Shown piece after piece: positions 1 through 8,095 of a stretch of DNA of 64,000 nt. A model generated the notes under the pieces. The model ran no database searches. It saw nothing but the letters and a program-made list of their open reading frames with translations, and was not told the DNA's origin. Numbering within the stretch: position 1 is the first letter of the stretch; each line of letters begins with the position of its first letter. The stretch is from Candidatus Uhrbacteria bacterium GW2011_GWF2_39_13 (GTDB taxonomy: Bacteria; Patescibacteriota; Patescibacteriia; UBA9934; GWF2-40-263): the NCBI GenBank assembly GCA_000993535.1, contig LBWG01000001.1, positions 22,442 to 86,441 on the forward strand, in the 5' to 3' direction. The translations under genes were made by a program, and so were the position numbers.

Positions 1-478
1 TCTCGATCCCAAGCTCCTTACGGACAGATTCCAGATTCGGAGGAAACAGCCAGACGAGCAGACCTAGAGAACCAAGCTTTCTTGGAATGATTCCCATACG
101 ATCCATTAATAGATCCCTTGCAATGGGATCCTGAAACTCTTCAGGGACAAAATTAAAAAACTCGCTTCTAATCTCCTTTCCCTTGAAAGGTTGCTGGAGC
201 AAGGATGGCACGGCGATAACATCGCCACTTTCCACATCAATCTGAATATCCCAGTCCAATGACACGCCAACGCAACGAGATGGCCGACTTCCGTTACAGA
301 TCACGAACCCCAGGTTTTCCCGAGGAATAAAAACGTATTCATACCCAGGCCAATTGTCACCGAAATCATGGAATTCGATATCTTGCTTGGGAAACGGCAT
401 GTACGTCGGTAAACTCTCTAACACAATCCGATCATATGCTTCCCTTGCCAGTGGCGACAAATCTTTTCTGCAAATCAT
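1..478 (-). CDS. Hypothetical protein, runs off the window edge (MICRKDLSPLAREAYDRIVLESLPTYMPFP...)
   Basis: Read manually: open frame from ATG at 478 to position 1 with no stop. Upstream are an SD-like GGGAG and a TTGACA-17-TAGATT promoter near 608-636. Not in the ORF track. Confidence 0.7.
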   Translation of the reverse strand, partial: MICRKDLSPLAREAYDRIVLESLPTYMPFPKQDIEFHDFGDNWPGYEYVFIPRENLGFVICNGSRPSRCVGVSLDWDIQIDVESGDVIAVPSLLQQPFKGKEIRSEFFNFVPEEFQDPIARDLLMDRMGIIPRKLGSLGLLVWLFPPNLESVRKELGIE

Positions 479-680
479 CTTTATCTCCCTCTTTTGGTTT
501 TGCGAATATCACAACCCGACCGTACTGGATATCACAATTCCATCTCCTTTCAAAGGAACGACCCAAAAATCAAAAGAAAACAAAAAATCCAATTTTGGGA
601 ACTAAAAAATCTACTATAAAATAAGCATTCTGTCAATGTATTTGTATGTATTTAAACAAAAAAACAAAAACCCCTCATTT

Positions 681-843
681 GAGGTTGTCCTAAAACTCGA
701 TGAGATCAACTTGAACGAGCTGCCCGCCCGACCGTCGAACGTTCGTTCGGGCGGGTCGAGCTCCGAGAACCCTATTCAAAATAGGGAGAGTGCGGTCGAC
801 GGGCGCCTATGAAAGTTGAGATTGCGAGTTTTGGGACAGCCTC
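681..843. mobile_element. MITE-like non-autonomous element inserted in the hisS terminator
   Basis: Terminal inverted repeats GAGGTTGTCCTAAAACTCG (681-699) and CGAGTTTTGGGACAGCCTC (825-843) match at 17/19. CATTT direct repeats flank both sides (676-680, 844-848). Internal palindrome at 723-755. Confidence 0.75.
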
Positions 844-861
844 CATTTGGAGGGGTTTTCA

Positions 862-2289
862 CTATTCTACAGCCGGAACATCGGATGGATGATCTGTATG
901 AAGTTTCTTTTTCACGATCTGAACGACTTTTTTCACATCCATAATCTCTTGGGCACCGGATTCCATATCGCGAATAATGATCGTTCCATCAAGCACTTCT
1001 TTTTGACCTAAGATAAGAGTTAATTGAACACCAAGTTTATTTGCCGCTTCAAGCTGTCCCTTCAATGCGCTTTTTCCAAATGCTTCAACAACAGGGACAC
1101 CCGCTCGTCGAAACTCTTCAAACAGCTTCAAACCAACTCGACGAGCTGCGTCTCCAAGTTGAGCAAAAAAGACTGAAGGTTTTGAACGCTCAGGAGGATT
1201 AACCCCTTTGGCGTCCAAGGCCCGAACAATACGTTCTAATCCCAAGGCAAATCCGCATCCAGGCGTGGGTCGACCACCTAACAGTTGGATTAACCCATCG
1301 TAGCGTCCTCCACCGCCAAGAGCGCTTTGTGATTTGTCTCCTTCATCTTGAACTAAAACGAATTCGAACACGGTATGAGTATAATAATCGAGTCCGCGAA
1401 CCAAATGAGGATTAAGGACATAAGGAATTTCCACTTCCTCAAGAAACTCTAACACTTTCATGAAATGCTCTTTAGACTTATCATCCAACCAATCAAGAAT
1501 TTGTGGAGCTTCTTGAAGCAACTCAAGAGTCGCTTCTTCTTTGCTATCAAGAATTCGCAATGGATTCTTTTGTAGACGACGCTTGTCATCCTCAGACAAC
1601 TTATTGCGGTGTGGACGGAAATAGGAGCTTAATTCTGCCAAATAAGCTTGTCGACACTCTGGAGTACCAATTGAGTTGATTTCCACTTTGATATCCAATC
1701 CAAGTTCACGAAAAATTTGTGCTCCCAGCACAATCAGCTGTGCATCGACAATCGGTTCATCGACTCCAAAACTTTCAAAACCAGCTTGATAGAACTGTCG
1801 ATAACGACCGGCTTGAGGACGATCATGTCTAAACATTGGTCCCACATACCACATCTTCACAGGTTGTGGACGGTCTAACATCCCATGACTGATATACGCA
1901 CGCGCCGCAGAAGCCGTTGCTTCAGGTCGCAAAGCAACAGAACGGTTTGAGGGGTCTGTAAACACATACATTTCTTTCTCAACAATATCAGTCGCTTTTC
2001 CAACAGTTTTTTGGAATAAATCAGAACGTTCTAAAATAGGAAGGTCAATACGGTCAAAGCTGTATGACTCGGCAATAGAGCGAACCGTATCACGTACTAA
2101 ATTCCATCTACCTTGTTCTTCAGGCAAAATATCTCGAAATCCACGCAAAAGTTCAAAGGTTTTAGAAGATTTTCCTCCTCCTTCTTCCTCTTCTTTTTCT
2201 TTTTCCTTTTCTTTCTTTTCTACAACCTTTTCTACCACAGGTTTAATGATTTTCTTTGGTGGAACAGGTTTTTCTTTTTTAAGTGGCAT
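862..2289 (-). CDS. hisS: Histidine--tRNA ligase
   Basis: Motifs RGFRDILP, LRPEATAS, RHDRPQAGRYRQFYQ, LVRGLDYYT, GGGRYDGL, GFALGLERI; C-terminal anticodon-binding domain. Confidence 0.97.
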   Translation of the reverse strand: MPLKKEKPVPPKKIIKPVVEKVVEKKEKEKEKEEEEGGGKSSKTFELLRGFRDILPEEQGRWNLVRDTVRSIAESYSFDRIDLPILERSDLFQKTVGKATDIVEKEMYVFTDPSNRSVALRPEATASAARAYISHGMLDRPQPVKMWYVGPMFRHDRPQAGRYRQFYQAGFESFGVDEPIVDAQLIVLGAQIFRELGLDIKVEINSIGTPECRQAYLAELSSYFRPHRNKLSEDDKRRLQKNPLRILDSKEEATLELLQEAPQILDWLDDKSKEHFMKVLEFLEEVEIPYVLNPHLVRGLDYYTHTVFEFVLVQDEGDKSQSALGGGGRYDGLIQLLGGRPTPGCGFALGLERIVRALDAKGVNPPERSKPSVFFAQLGDAARRVGLKLFEEFRRAGVPVVEAFGKSALKGQLEAANKLGVQLTLILGQKEVLDGTIIIRDMESGAQEIMDVKKVVQIVKKKLHTDHPSDVPAVE

Positions 2290-2325
2290 AGGGTTTGATA
2301 TGTTTAAATCAGATTAAGGAGATCT

Positions 2326-2934
2326 CTAAAGGTTATAATCAGGAATTTCAAAAGTCCCCATTCGAGAAAAAGGCAGACCTCTGACCCAGACGCGTCCGAT
2401 CAGATCTTTACGAGTTATAGGTCCAAAACTTCGAGAATCTAAAGAGGCATCTCGATTGTCTCCAAAGACAAAAAATTCATTCTCCCCTAACGTTACTCGT
2501 TCTTTTCCATTAGTCTGCTCATCCCCTAAATAATCTTCTTCAAGAGTTAAACCATTGGGATGTTCAGTATTATAAATAATGATATTACCTCCTGTGACTT
2601 CTACTGTCTCTCCTGGTAAACCGATCACTCTTTTAATGAAAAATTGACTTGGGTCACGTGGGTAGTGAAAAACCACAATTTCTCCACGAATGGGTTCACG
2701 AAATCGATAACTCAATTCATCAATAATAAGATATTCATGATCGTAAAAATTCGGTTCCATCGAAGCGCCTTTGACATAAAAAGGTTGAATCAAGAAGTAG
2801 CGAATCGGAATGATAATAGCACTGGAGAGAAGGACGATCTGAATGACCTCAACAAAGAAAGATGCAACTGCTCCACCAATAGGACCAAAACGCTGGTAAA
2901 GTCTATCTTCAAAAGCAGAAAACCGATTTTGCAT
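2326..2934 (-). CDS. lepB: Signal peptidase I
   Basis: Catalytic Ser in GASMEPN, catalytic Lys in FIKRVIGLPGE, GDNRDASLDSRSFG; N-terminal TM segment. Confidence 0.95.
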   Translation of the reverse strand: MQNRFSAFEDRLYQRFGPIGGAVASFFVEVIQIVLLSSAIIIPIRYFLIQPFYVKGASMEPNFYDHEYLIIDELSYRFREPIRGEIVVFHYPRDPSQFFIKRVIGLPGETVEVTGGNIIIYNTEHPNGLTLEEDYLGDEQTNGKERVTLGENEFFVFGDNRDASLDSRSFGPITRKDLIGRVWVRGLPFSRMGTFEIPDYNL

Positions 2935-2998
2935 AATTTATAGTAATAAAATCCTTTTTAGCCTATCAAAGAATCTGGTTTTTATCAATGTGTAGGAC

Positions 2999-3042
2999 CC
3001 ACATAAAAACACCGAAACGTTCGTTTCGGTGTTTTTATGTGG
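2999..3042. terminator. Perfect hairpin / intrinsic terminator downstream of tRNA-Val
   Basis: CACATAAAAACACCGAAACG-TT-CGTTTCGGTGTTTTTATGTG inverted repeat. Confidence 0.75.
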
Positions 3043-3116
3043 TGGGCGTGAGAGGGCTCGAACCTCTGACCTCTGTCGTGTGAGGACAGCGCTCTAACCA
3101 GCTGAGCTACACGCCC
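3040..3116 (-). tRNA. tRNA-Val (anticodon CAC) with encoded CCA
   Basis: Minus strand GGGCGTGTAGCTCAGCTGGTTAGAGCGCTGTCCTCACACGACAGAGGTCAGAGGTTCGAGCCCTCTCACGCCCACCA folds as a cloverleaf; anticodon stem CTGTC/GACAG, loop CTCACAC. Confidence 0.95.
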
Positions 3117-3185
3117 TTAACTAACGAGCAAAAAATATCATGAAAAAATTTAGATTTCAAGTATATCAATGAAACACAAGTATCC

Positions 3186-3214
3186 TTGAACCAATAAGGT
3201 ATTCTCGCTACAAT
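3186..3214 (+). promoter_or_regulatory. Sigma70-type promoter for the LCP gene
   Basis: TTGAAC-17bp-TACAAT, followed by SD GAGGAG before ATG 3230. Confidence 0.55.
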
Positions 3215-3229
3215 GATAGCCGAGGAGTT

Positions 3230-4909
3230 ATGGAAAAATCGCAAATTGATTTCTTAAAAGAAAAACACCATCTGCGTGCGTCAAGACGATCGCCGATTCT
3301 TTTTTTTGGACGAATACTTGCGATTATTGTCGCTATTGCGACAACGACCGGACTGGTCTTTTCGTACCAAGTAGACTCGACATCGGATAGCACAGGAAAT
3401 TTTCCGAATATCTCCTTTATTTCTACACTCAAACATTTTGTTTCCTCTGATGAACGCAAGCTTCAGGGAGAAAAAAATGATCGAGTAAATCTTCTCCTGA
3501 TGGGAATTGGAGGAGAAGGACATGACGGACCGCAGTTGAGTGATACGATTATCTTTAGCAGCTACCGTCCATCGGATGGATCCTTAGCTATGATGTCGCT
3601 TCCACGAGATATGACAGTTCCCATTCCTGGTTATGGATATCGAAAAGTAAATCACGCAAACGCCTATGGAGAGATGAACGAACCCGGAGCAGGACCCACG
3701 CTTGCGTCTCAAGTCATTGGGGATGTGTTAGATGAGGAAATCAACTATTATGTTCGAGTAGATTTTGACGGTTTTGCAGAATTTATTGATGCTATTGGTG
3801 GTGTTGATGTCTATGTAGATCAAAGTTTCAGTGACTACAATTACCCAACGACAGGAAAAGAATATGATACATGTGGATTTGTTGAACCTGCACAAATCAT
3901 ACAAGTGGAGACAACTTTTACTCCTGATCCTTCTACAGAAACAGTCATTGAACAAACACCAGAATTACCAATATCGTTTGAAGAAACAACAACACAAAAA
4001 CCATCCCAACGAACAGAAGGAGTCGCGGAACAAACAACACCTGTGCTAGGTCCAGATTATTCTTGTCGTTATGAAATACTTTCCTTTCAAGAAGGTTGGA
4101 CGCACTTGGATGGAACAACCGCACTAAAATTTGCCAGATCACGTCACGGAAATAACGGAGAAGGATCTGACTTCGCCCGTTCAAAACGCCAACAAAAAAT
4201 AATCCTTGCGGCAAAAGATAAAATTCTTTCCGCTTCCACTCTTTTGAATCCTTCACGGATTACGAAAATGATGGAAACACTCAAAGCCAATGTAGCAACC
4301 AATTTAGATGTGTGGGAGATTTTACGTTTAGCCAAAGAACTTAAAGACATGAGTAGTTCAGAAATCATCCACCACGTGATTGATGCTTCTGAATCCTCCC
4401 CTCTTTATGCAACGGTCGTAAACGGAGCTTACGTTTTAATTCCAAAAAATGACGACTGGTCTGAGCTACAAAATATTACGGAAAACATCTTTACTCCAGA
4501 CGAAGATCTCACAAAATCTTTTGCCAAAGTCGCTGAAGAAAAACCTAGATTTGTTCGTGTAGAAATTCAAAATGGAACAAACATTTCAGGTCTCGCGTTT
4601 AAAACATCCCAATTATTAGATGGTCAAGGATTTGAGGTGGTAAAAGTTGGTAATGCTGAAAGTCGTGGATATAAACACACGGTTATTTATGATCTTACCA
4701 ATGGTCAGCATACACAAGAGTTAAAGGCTTTGCGTGATTATTTACAGGCTGACGTCACACTTTCTGCCACAGGATGGATGATTAGCGGAGATATTGTGCC
4801 AAAAGAACTGACATTCTCTAGTAACGATTACGAAAATCTTCCCACACAAAATGATCTTGATTTTCTCATTATTCTTGGAGAAAACGCTTCATCCCTTGCT
4901 AAAAACTGA
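3230..4909 (+). CDS. LCP (LytR-CpsA-Psr) family glycopolymer transferase with LytR C-terminal domain
   Basis: TM anchor, NLLLMG, SDTII, SLPRD, KVNHANAYG, ALKFARSRH, SDFARSKRQQ; LytR_C-like VEIQNGTNISGLA. Confidence 0.9.
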   Translation: MEKSQIDFLKEKHHLRASRRSPILFFGRILAIIVAIATTTGLVFSYQVDSTSDSTGNFPNISFISTLKHFVSSDERKLQGEKNDRVNLLLMGIGGEGHDGPQLSDTIIFSSYRPSDGSLAMMSLPRDMTVPIPGYGYRKVNHANAYGEMNEPGAGPTLASQVIGDVLDEEINYYVRVDFDGFAEFIDAIGGVDVYVDQSFSDYNYPTTGKEYDTCGFVEPAQIIQVETTFTPDPSTETVIEQTPELPISFEETTTQKPSQRTEGVAEQTTPVLGPDYSCRYEILSFQEGWTHLDGTTALKFARSRHGNNGEGSDFARSKRQQKIILAAKDKILSASTLLNPSRITKMMETLKANVATNLDVWEILRLAKELKDMSSSEIIHHVIDASESSPLYATVVNGAYVLIPKNDDWSELQNITENIFTPDEDLTKSFAKVAEEKPRFVRVEIQNGTNISGLAFKTSQLLDGQGFEVVKVGNAESRGYKHTVIYDLTNGQHTQELKALRDYLQADVTLSATGWMISGDIVPKELTFSSNDYENLPTQNDLDFLIILGENASSLAKN

Positions 4910-5020
4910 AAAATCCTCTAGAGATCTCTAAACATCATCAAGTTTTAGAGATCTGTTTAAATCGAATTTAAATCTGATTTAAATTTTTACTTGTTTCCTA
5001 AATCCATCTAGAATAGTTAC

Positions 5021-6388
5021 ATGAACTCTCTTCAACCACCCGTTGTTGCTCTCGTCGGTCGGACCAACGTAGGAAAATCAACTCTTTTTAATCGACTTCT
5101 TGAAACACAAAAAGCGCTTGTTTCTCATGTTGCAGGAACCACTCGTGACCGTAACGAGGGAGATTGTCTTTGGAGAGGACGTGTCATCCGATTGATAGAC
5201 ACAGGTGGAATGGACGTTAATCTTAAAGATGAAATGGAAAAACAAATCCTCAAACAATCTGAGGCTGCTGTCGCGAGGGCCGAGCTATTGCTTTTTGTCG
5301 TAGATTCAAAGTCAGGAGCCATGCCACAAGAAAAAACGTTTGCAACATATTTGAAAAAAACAGGAAAACCCGTAATTGTCGTTGCAAATAAAGCAGAAAA
5401 ACTTTCTGAACGATTAAGTGTTACCGAGGCAGAGTGGCGATTTGCAGGATTGTCTGAACCTCTCCCGATCTCTGCAATTCGTGGAACAGGTGTAGGGGAT
5501 CTCTTGGATGTTATTTACGAAAAATTAGAAGAAATAGGAAAACCAGCCACCGATCCCGTTGAAACAGAAGGAATCAAGATAGCCGTCATTGGAAAACCAA
5601 ACGTAGGGAAATCAACTCTCCTTAATGCTATTTTAGGCGAGGAACGTTTCATCACCAGTCCTATTGCCCACACAACCCGTGAACCAAATGACATGCTGAT
5701 CAGCGTGGGAGATAAACGTTATATTTTCATTGATACCGCTGGAATGCGTAAGCAAGGCAAAGTAAGAAAATCCGGAGGATTAGAAGCTGCCGCTGTACAA
5801 AGAAATGAATACGCGATCAAATTTGCCGATGTGACTATTTTAGTCATAGATATCAGCGAACCTATCGGCACGCAAGAAAAAACGCTTGCAGGACTTCTGA
5901 AACAGTCAGGTTCAGCCGTCATTATCGTGGCAAACAAGTGGGATTTAATTGAAGAGAAAACAACCACGACCATCAATCGTTTTAGAGAATATATTGCCAC
6001 TTCCATTCCTTTCTTAAACTGGGCACCTGTTCTGTTTCTTTCTGCACTCACAAAACAGCGTGTTACTACTCTTTTTAAAGAGATCGATCGTGTGGCAGAA
6101 AATCGTTCTATCACCATTTCTAATCAAGAGTTAGCAGGATTCTTGGTACAAGCACAAACAAAACACAAACCAATGAAAGGAAAAGGAACGACCGTTCCAA
6201 AACTCTTAGGATTTAAACAAACAAAATCAAAGCCGCCAACCTTTGATCTTATTATGAAAGCAAAACGGACAGACGCTTTGAGCGTTGCCTACATGCGATT
6301 TTTAGAAAATAGACTTCGCGAAAATTTTAACCTTGTTGGTACTCCGTTAAAAATTCACATTCGTATTGCCAAATCTGTTTCAAAATAG
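5021..6388 (+). CDS. der: Ribosome biogenesis GTPase Der (EngA)
   Basis: Two G-domains (GRTNVGKS/DTGG/NKAE and GKPNVGKS/DTAG/NKWD) plus KH-like tail. Confidence 0.95.
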   Translation: MNSLQPPVVALVGRTNVGKSTLFNRLLETQKALVSHVAGTTRDRNEGDCLWRGRVIRLIDTGGMDVNLKDEMEKQILKQSEAAVARAELLLFVVDSKSGAMPQEKTFATYLKKTGKPVIVVANKAEKLSERLSVTEAEWRFAGLSEPLPISAIRGTGVGDLLDVIYEKLEEIGKPATDPVETEGIKIAVIGKPNVGKSTLLNAILGEERFITSPIAHTTREPNDMLISVGDKRYIFIDTAGMRKQGKVRKSGGLEAAAVQRNEYAIKFADVTILVIDISEPIGTQEKTLAGLLKQSGSAVIIVANKWDLIEEKTTTTINRFREYIATSIPFLNWAPVLFLSALTKQRVTTLFKEIDRVAENRSITISNQELAGFLVQAQTKHKPMKGKGTTVPKLLGFKQTKSKPPTFDLIMKAKRTDALSVAYMRFLENRLRENFNLVGTPLKIHIRIAKSVSK

Positions 6389-6398
6389 TCTCTCATTT

Positions 6399-6947
6399 AT
6401 GAAGGTCGTCATCGGATTAGGAAACCCTGGAAAAGAATACGAACGCACACGTCATAACGTAGGTTTTCTGATTTTAGATGCATTAGCTCTTCACCACCGC
6501 GCGACCTTTACAACGAAACGTTCTCTTGAAGCAGAAATAGCTGAGGTCATCACAGACGGACAAAAACGTCTTTTGTTAGTAAAACCTCAGACGTTTATGA
6601 ATGCAAGTGGTCGAACATTTTCTCAAATCTGTTCTAAATACCCTGTCTTACCTGAAGATTTTCTCATTGTATACGATGATGCAGATCTTCCATTTGGAAA
6701 TCTGCGACTCAAACATGGTGGTGGAAGTGCTGGACATCGAGGAATGGAATCTATTTTGACAAATGTCCCAAGAGGAACAACGATGACTCGTTTGCGTGTA
6801 GGAATTGGACGACCTCCTTATTCAGATATGCCACTGGATGAATTTGTTCTTGGTCGGTGGACCAAACAAGAAGAAACAACTCTACGAGAACTCACACCAA
6901 AAACGATTGAACTTATTGAAAAGACTCTGTTACAAAAAATCGTATGA
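6399..6947 (+). CDS. pth: Peptidyl-tRNA hydrolase
   Basis: GLGNPG, TRHNVGF, KPQTFMNASG, RLRVGIGRP; start moved to ATG 6399. Confidence 0.95.
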   Translation: MKVVIGLGNPGKEYERTRHNVGFLILDALALHHRATFTTKRSLEAEIAEVITDGQKRLLLVKPQTFMNASGRTFSQICSKYPVLPEDFLIVYDDADLPFGNLRLKHGGGSAGHRGMESILTNVPRGTTMTRLRVGIGRPPYSDMPLDEFVLGRWTKQEETTLRELTPKTIELIEKTLLQKIV

Positions 6948-8029
6948 ACAAAGACGATCGAATGTATTGGGTCGCTCTGACTATGTTTCGTCCTTTTGGA
7001 GCTGTGCGTCTAGCAAAACTCATGCACCGATTTCCAACCATGGAGCAAGCGTTTCACGCCAGCACAAACCAACTACAAGAAGCAGGGATAGAGCCAGAAT
7101 TAGCAAACCGTTTTATTCAAGAACGTACACATATTGACCCAGAAACATTGTTTCAACAGCTAATAAATCATGATGTACAGGTGATAACCCTCAAAGAAGA
7201 ACGCTACCCACCATTGCTTAAAGAGATTTATGATCCCCCAGCGGTTCTCTTCATTCGAGGATCTCTTCCAGATCCTGGGAAAAAATATTTAGCCGTTGTA
7301 GGTTCACGAAAAGCCAGTACCTATGGACAACGGGTAACAGAAGATCTTATCACCCCGATCGCGCGTGCCGGAGTAGTGATTGTCAGTGGACTTGCCTACG
7401 GGATCGATGCAAGCGCCCATGACGCAACCCTTCGCGCACAAGGCTGTACCGTTGCTGTTCTGGGTTCTGGAGTTGATCAAGACAGTATTTATCCTTCACG
7501 TCATAGAGCTCTTGCATCTGGTATTGTGTCCTCTGGAGGAGCCTTGATATCAGAATTTCCTCCTGGAACTCCTCCTCTCAAACAACACTTCCCTATTCGC
7601 AATCGTGTCATTGCCGGTTTGTGTCACGGCACACTCGTCATAGAAGCCACACTCAAATCAGGATCTTTGATCACAGCACGAAGCGCTCTGGAAAGTAACC
7701 GTGAGGTCTATGCTGTTCCTGGACCCATCTATTCACCTCTTTCTGAGGGTCCAAATAATCTCATAAAGACAGGAGCTATTCCTGTAACGTGTCCTGAAGA
7801 TATTTTCGGAATACAAAATGTCTCAACACCGCTAAAACCTCTCTACCAGCCAACAAACGAAAAAGAAGCGGCTGTGTTTTCACATCTGTCCTCTCAACCC
7901 ATCCATCTGGATGAACTTGTGCGATCAACAGTTCTTCCCACACAAACCGTTATCAGTACGATTACACTCCTGGAAATAAAAGGGGTTGTACGTCATGAAG
8001 GCGGGTATTTTTATACACGAATAAGTTGA
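6944..8029 (+). CDS. dprA: DNA-processing protein DprA
   Basis: AVVGSR, VSGLAYGIDA, FPIRNRVIAGL, SGSLITA, VYAVPG; C-terminal winged helix. Confidence 0.95.
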   Translation: MNKDDRMYWVALTMFRPFGAVRLAKLMHRFPTMEQAFHASTNQLQEAGIEPELANRFIQERTHIDPETLFQQLINHDVQVITLKEERYPPLLKEIYDPPAVLFIRGSLPDPGKKYLAVVGSRKASTYGQRVTEDLITPIARAGVVIVSGLAYGIDASAHDATLRAQGCTVAVLGSGVDQDSIYPSRHRALASGIVSSGGALISEFPPGTPPLKQHFPIRNRVIAGLCHGTLVIEATLKSGSLITARSALESNREVYAVPGPIYSPLSEGPNNLIKTGAIPVTCPEDIFGIQNVSTPLKPLYQPTNEKEAAVFSHLSSQPIHLDELVRSTVLPTQTVISTITLLEIKGVVRHEGGYFYTRIS

Positions 8030-8095
8030 CAGTACTCCACAAACCATCTACTAATTGAAAGACCTTATCGGAAAAAATCATTTAAAAAAGATTAC

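Noticed and set aside
354-624. Plus-strand ORFs 354-605 and 436-624
   Set aside because: They are antisense to a longer minus-strand frame that has an SD site and a promoter.
2999-3230. Genomic island integrated at tRNA-Val
   Set aside because: The flanks are housekeeping genes, with no integrase and no duplicated tRNA 3' end seen.
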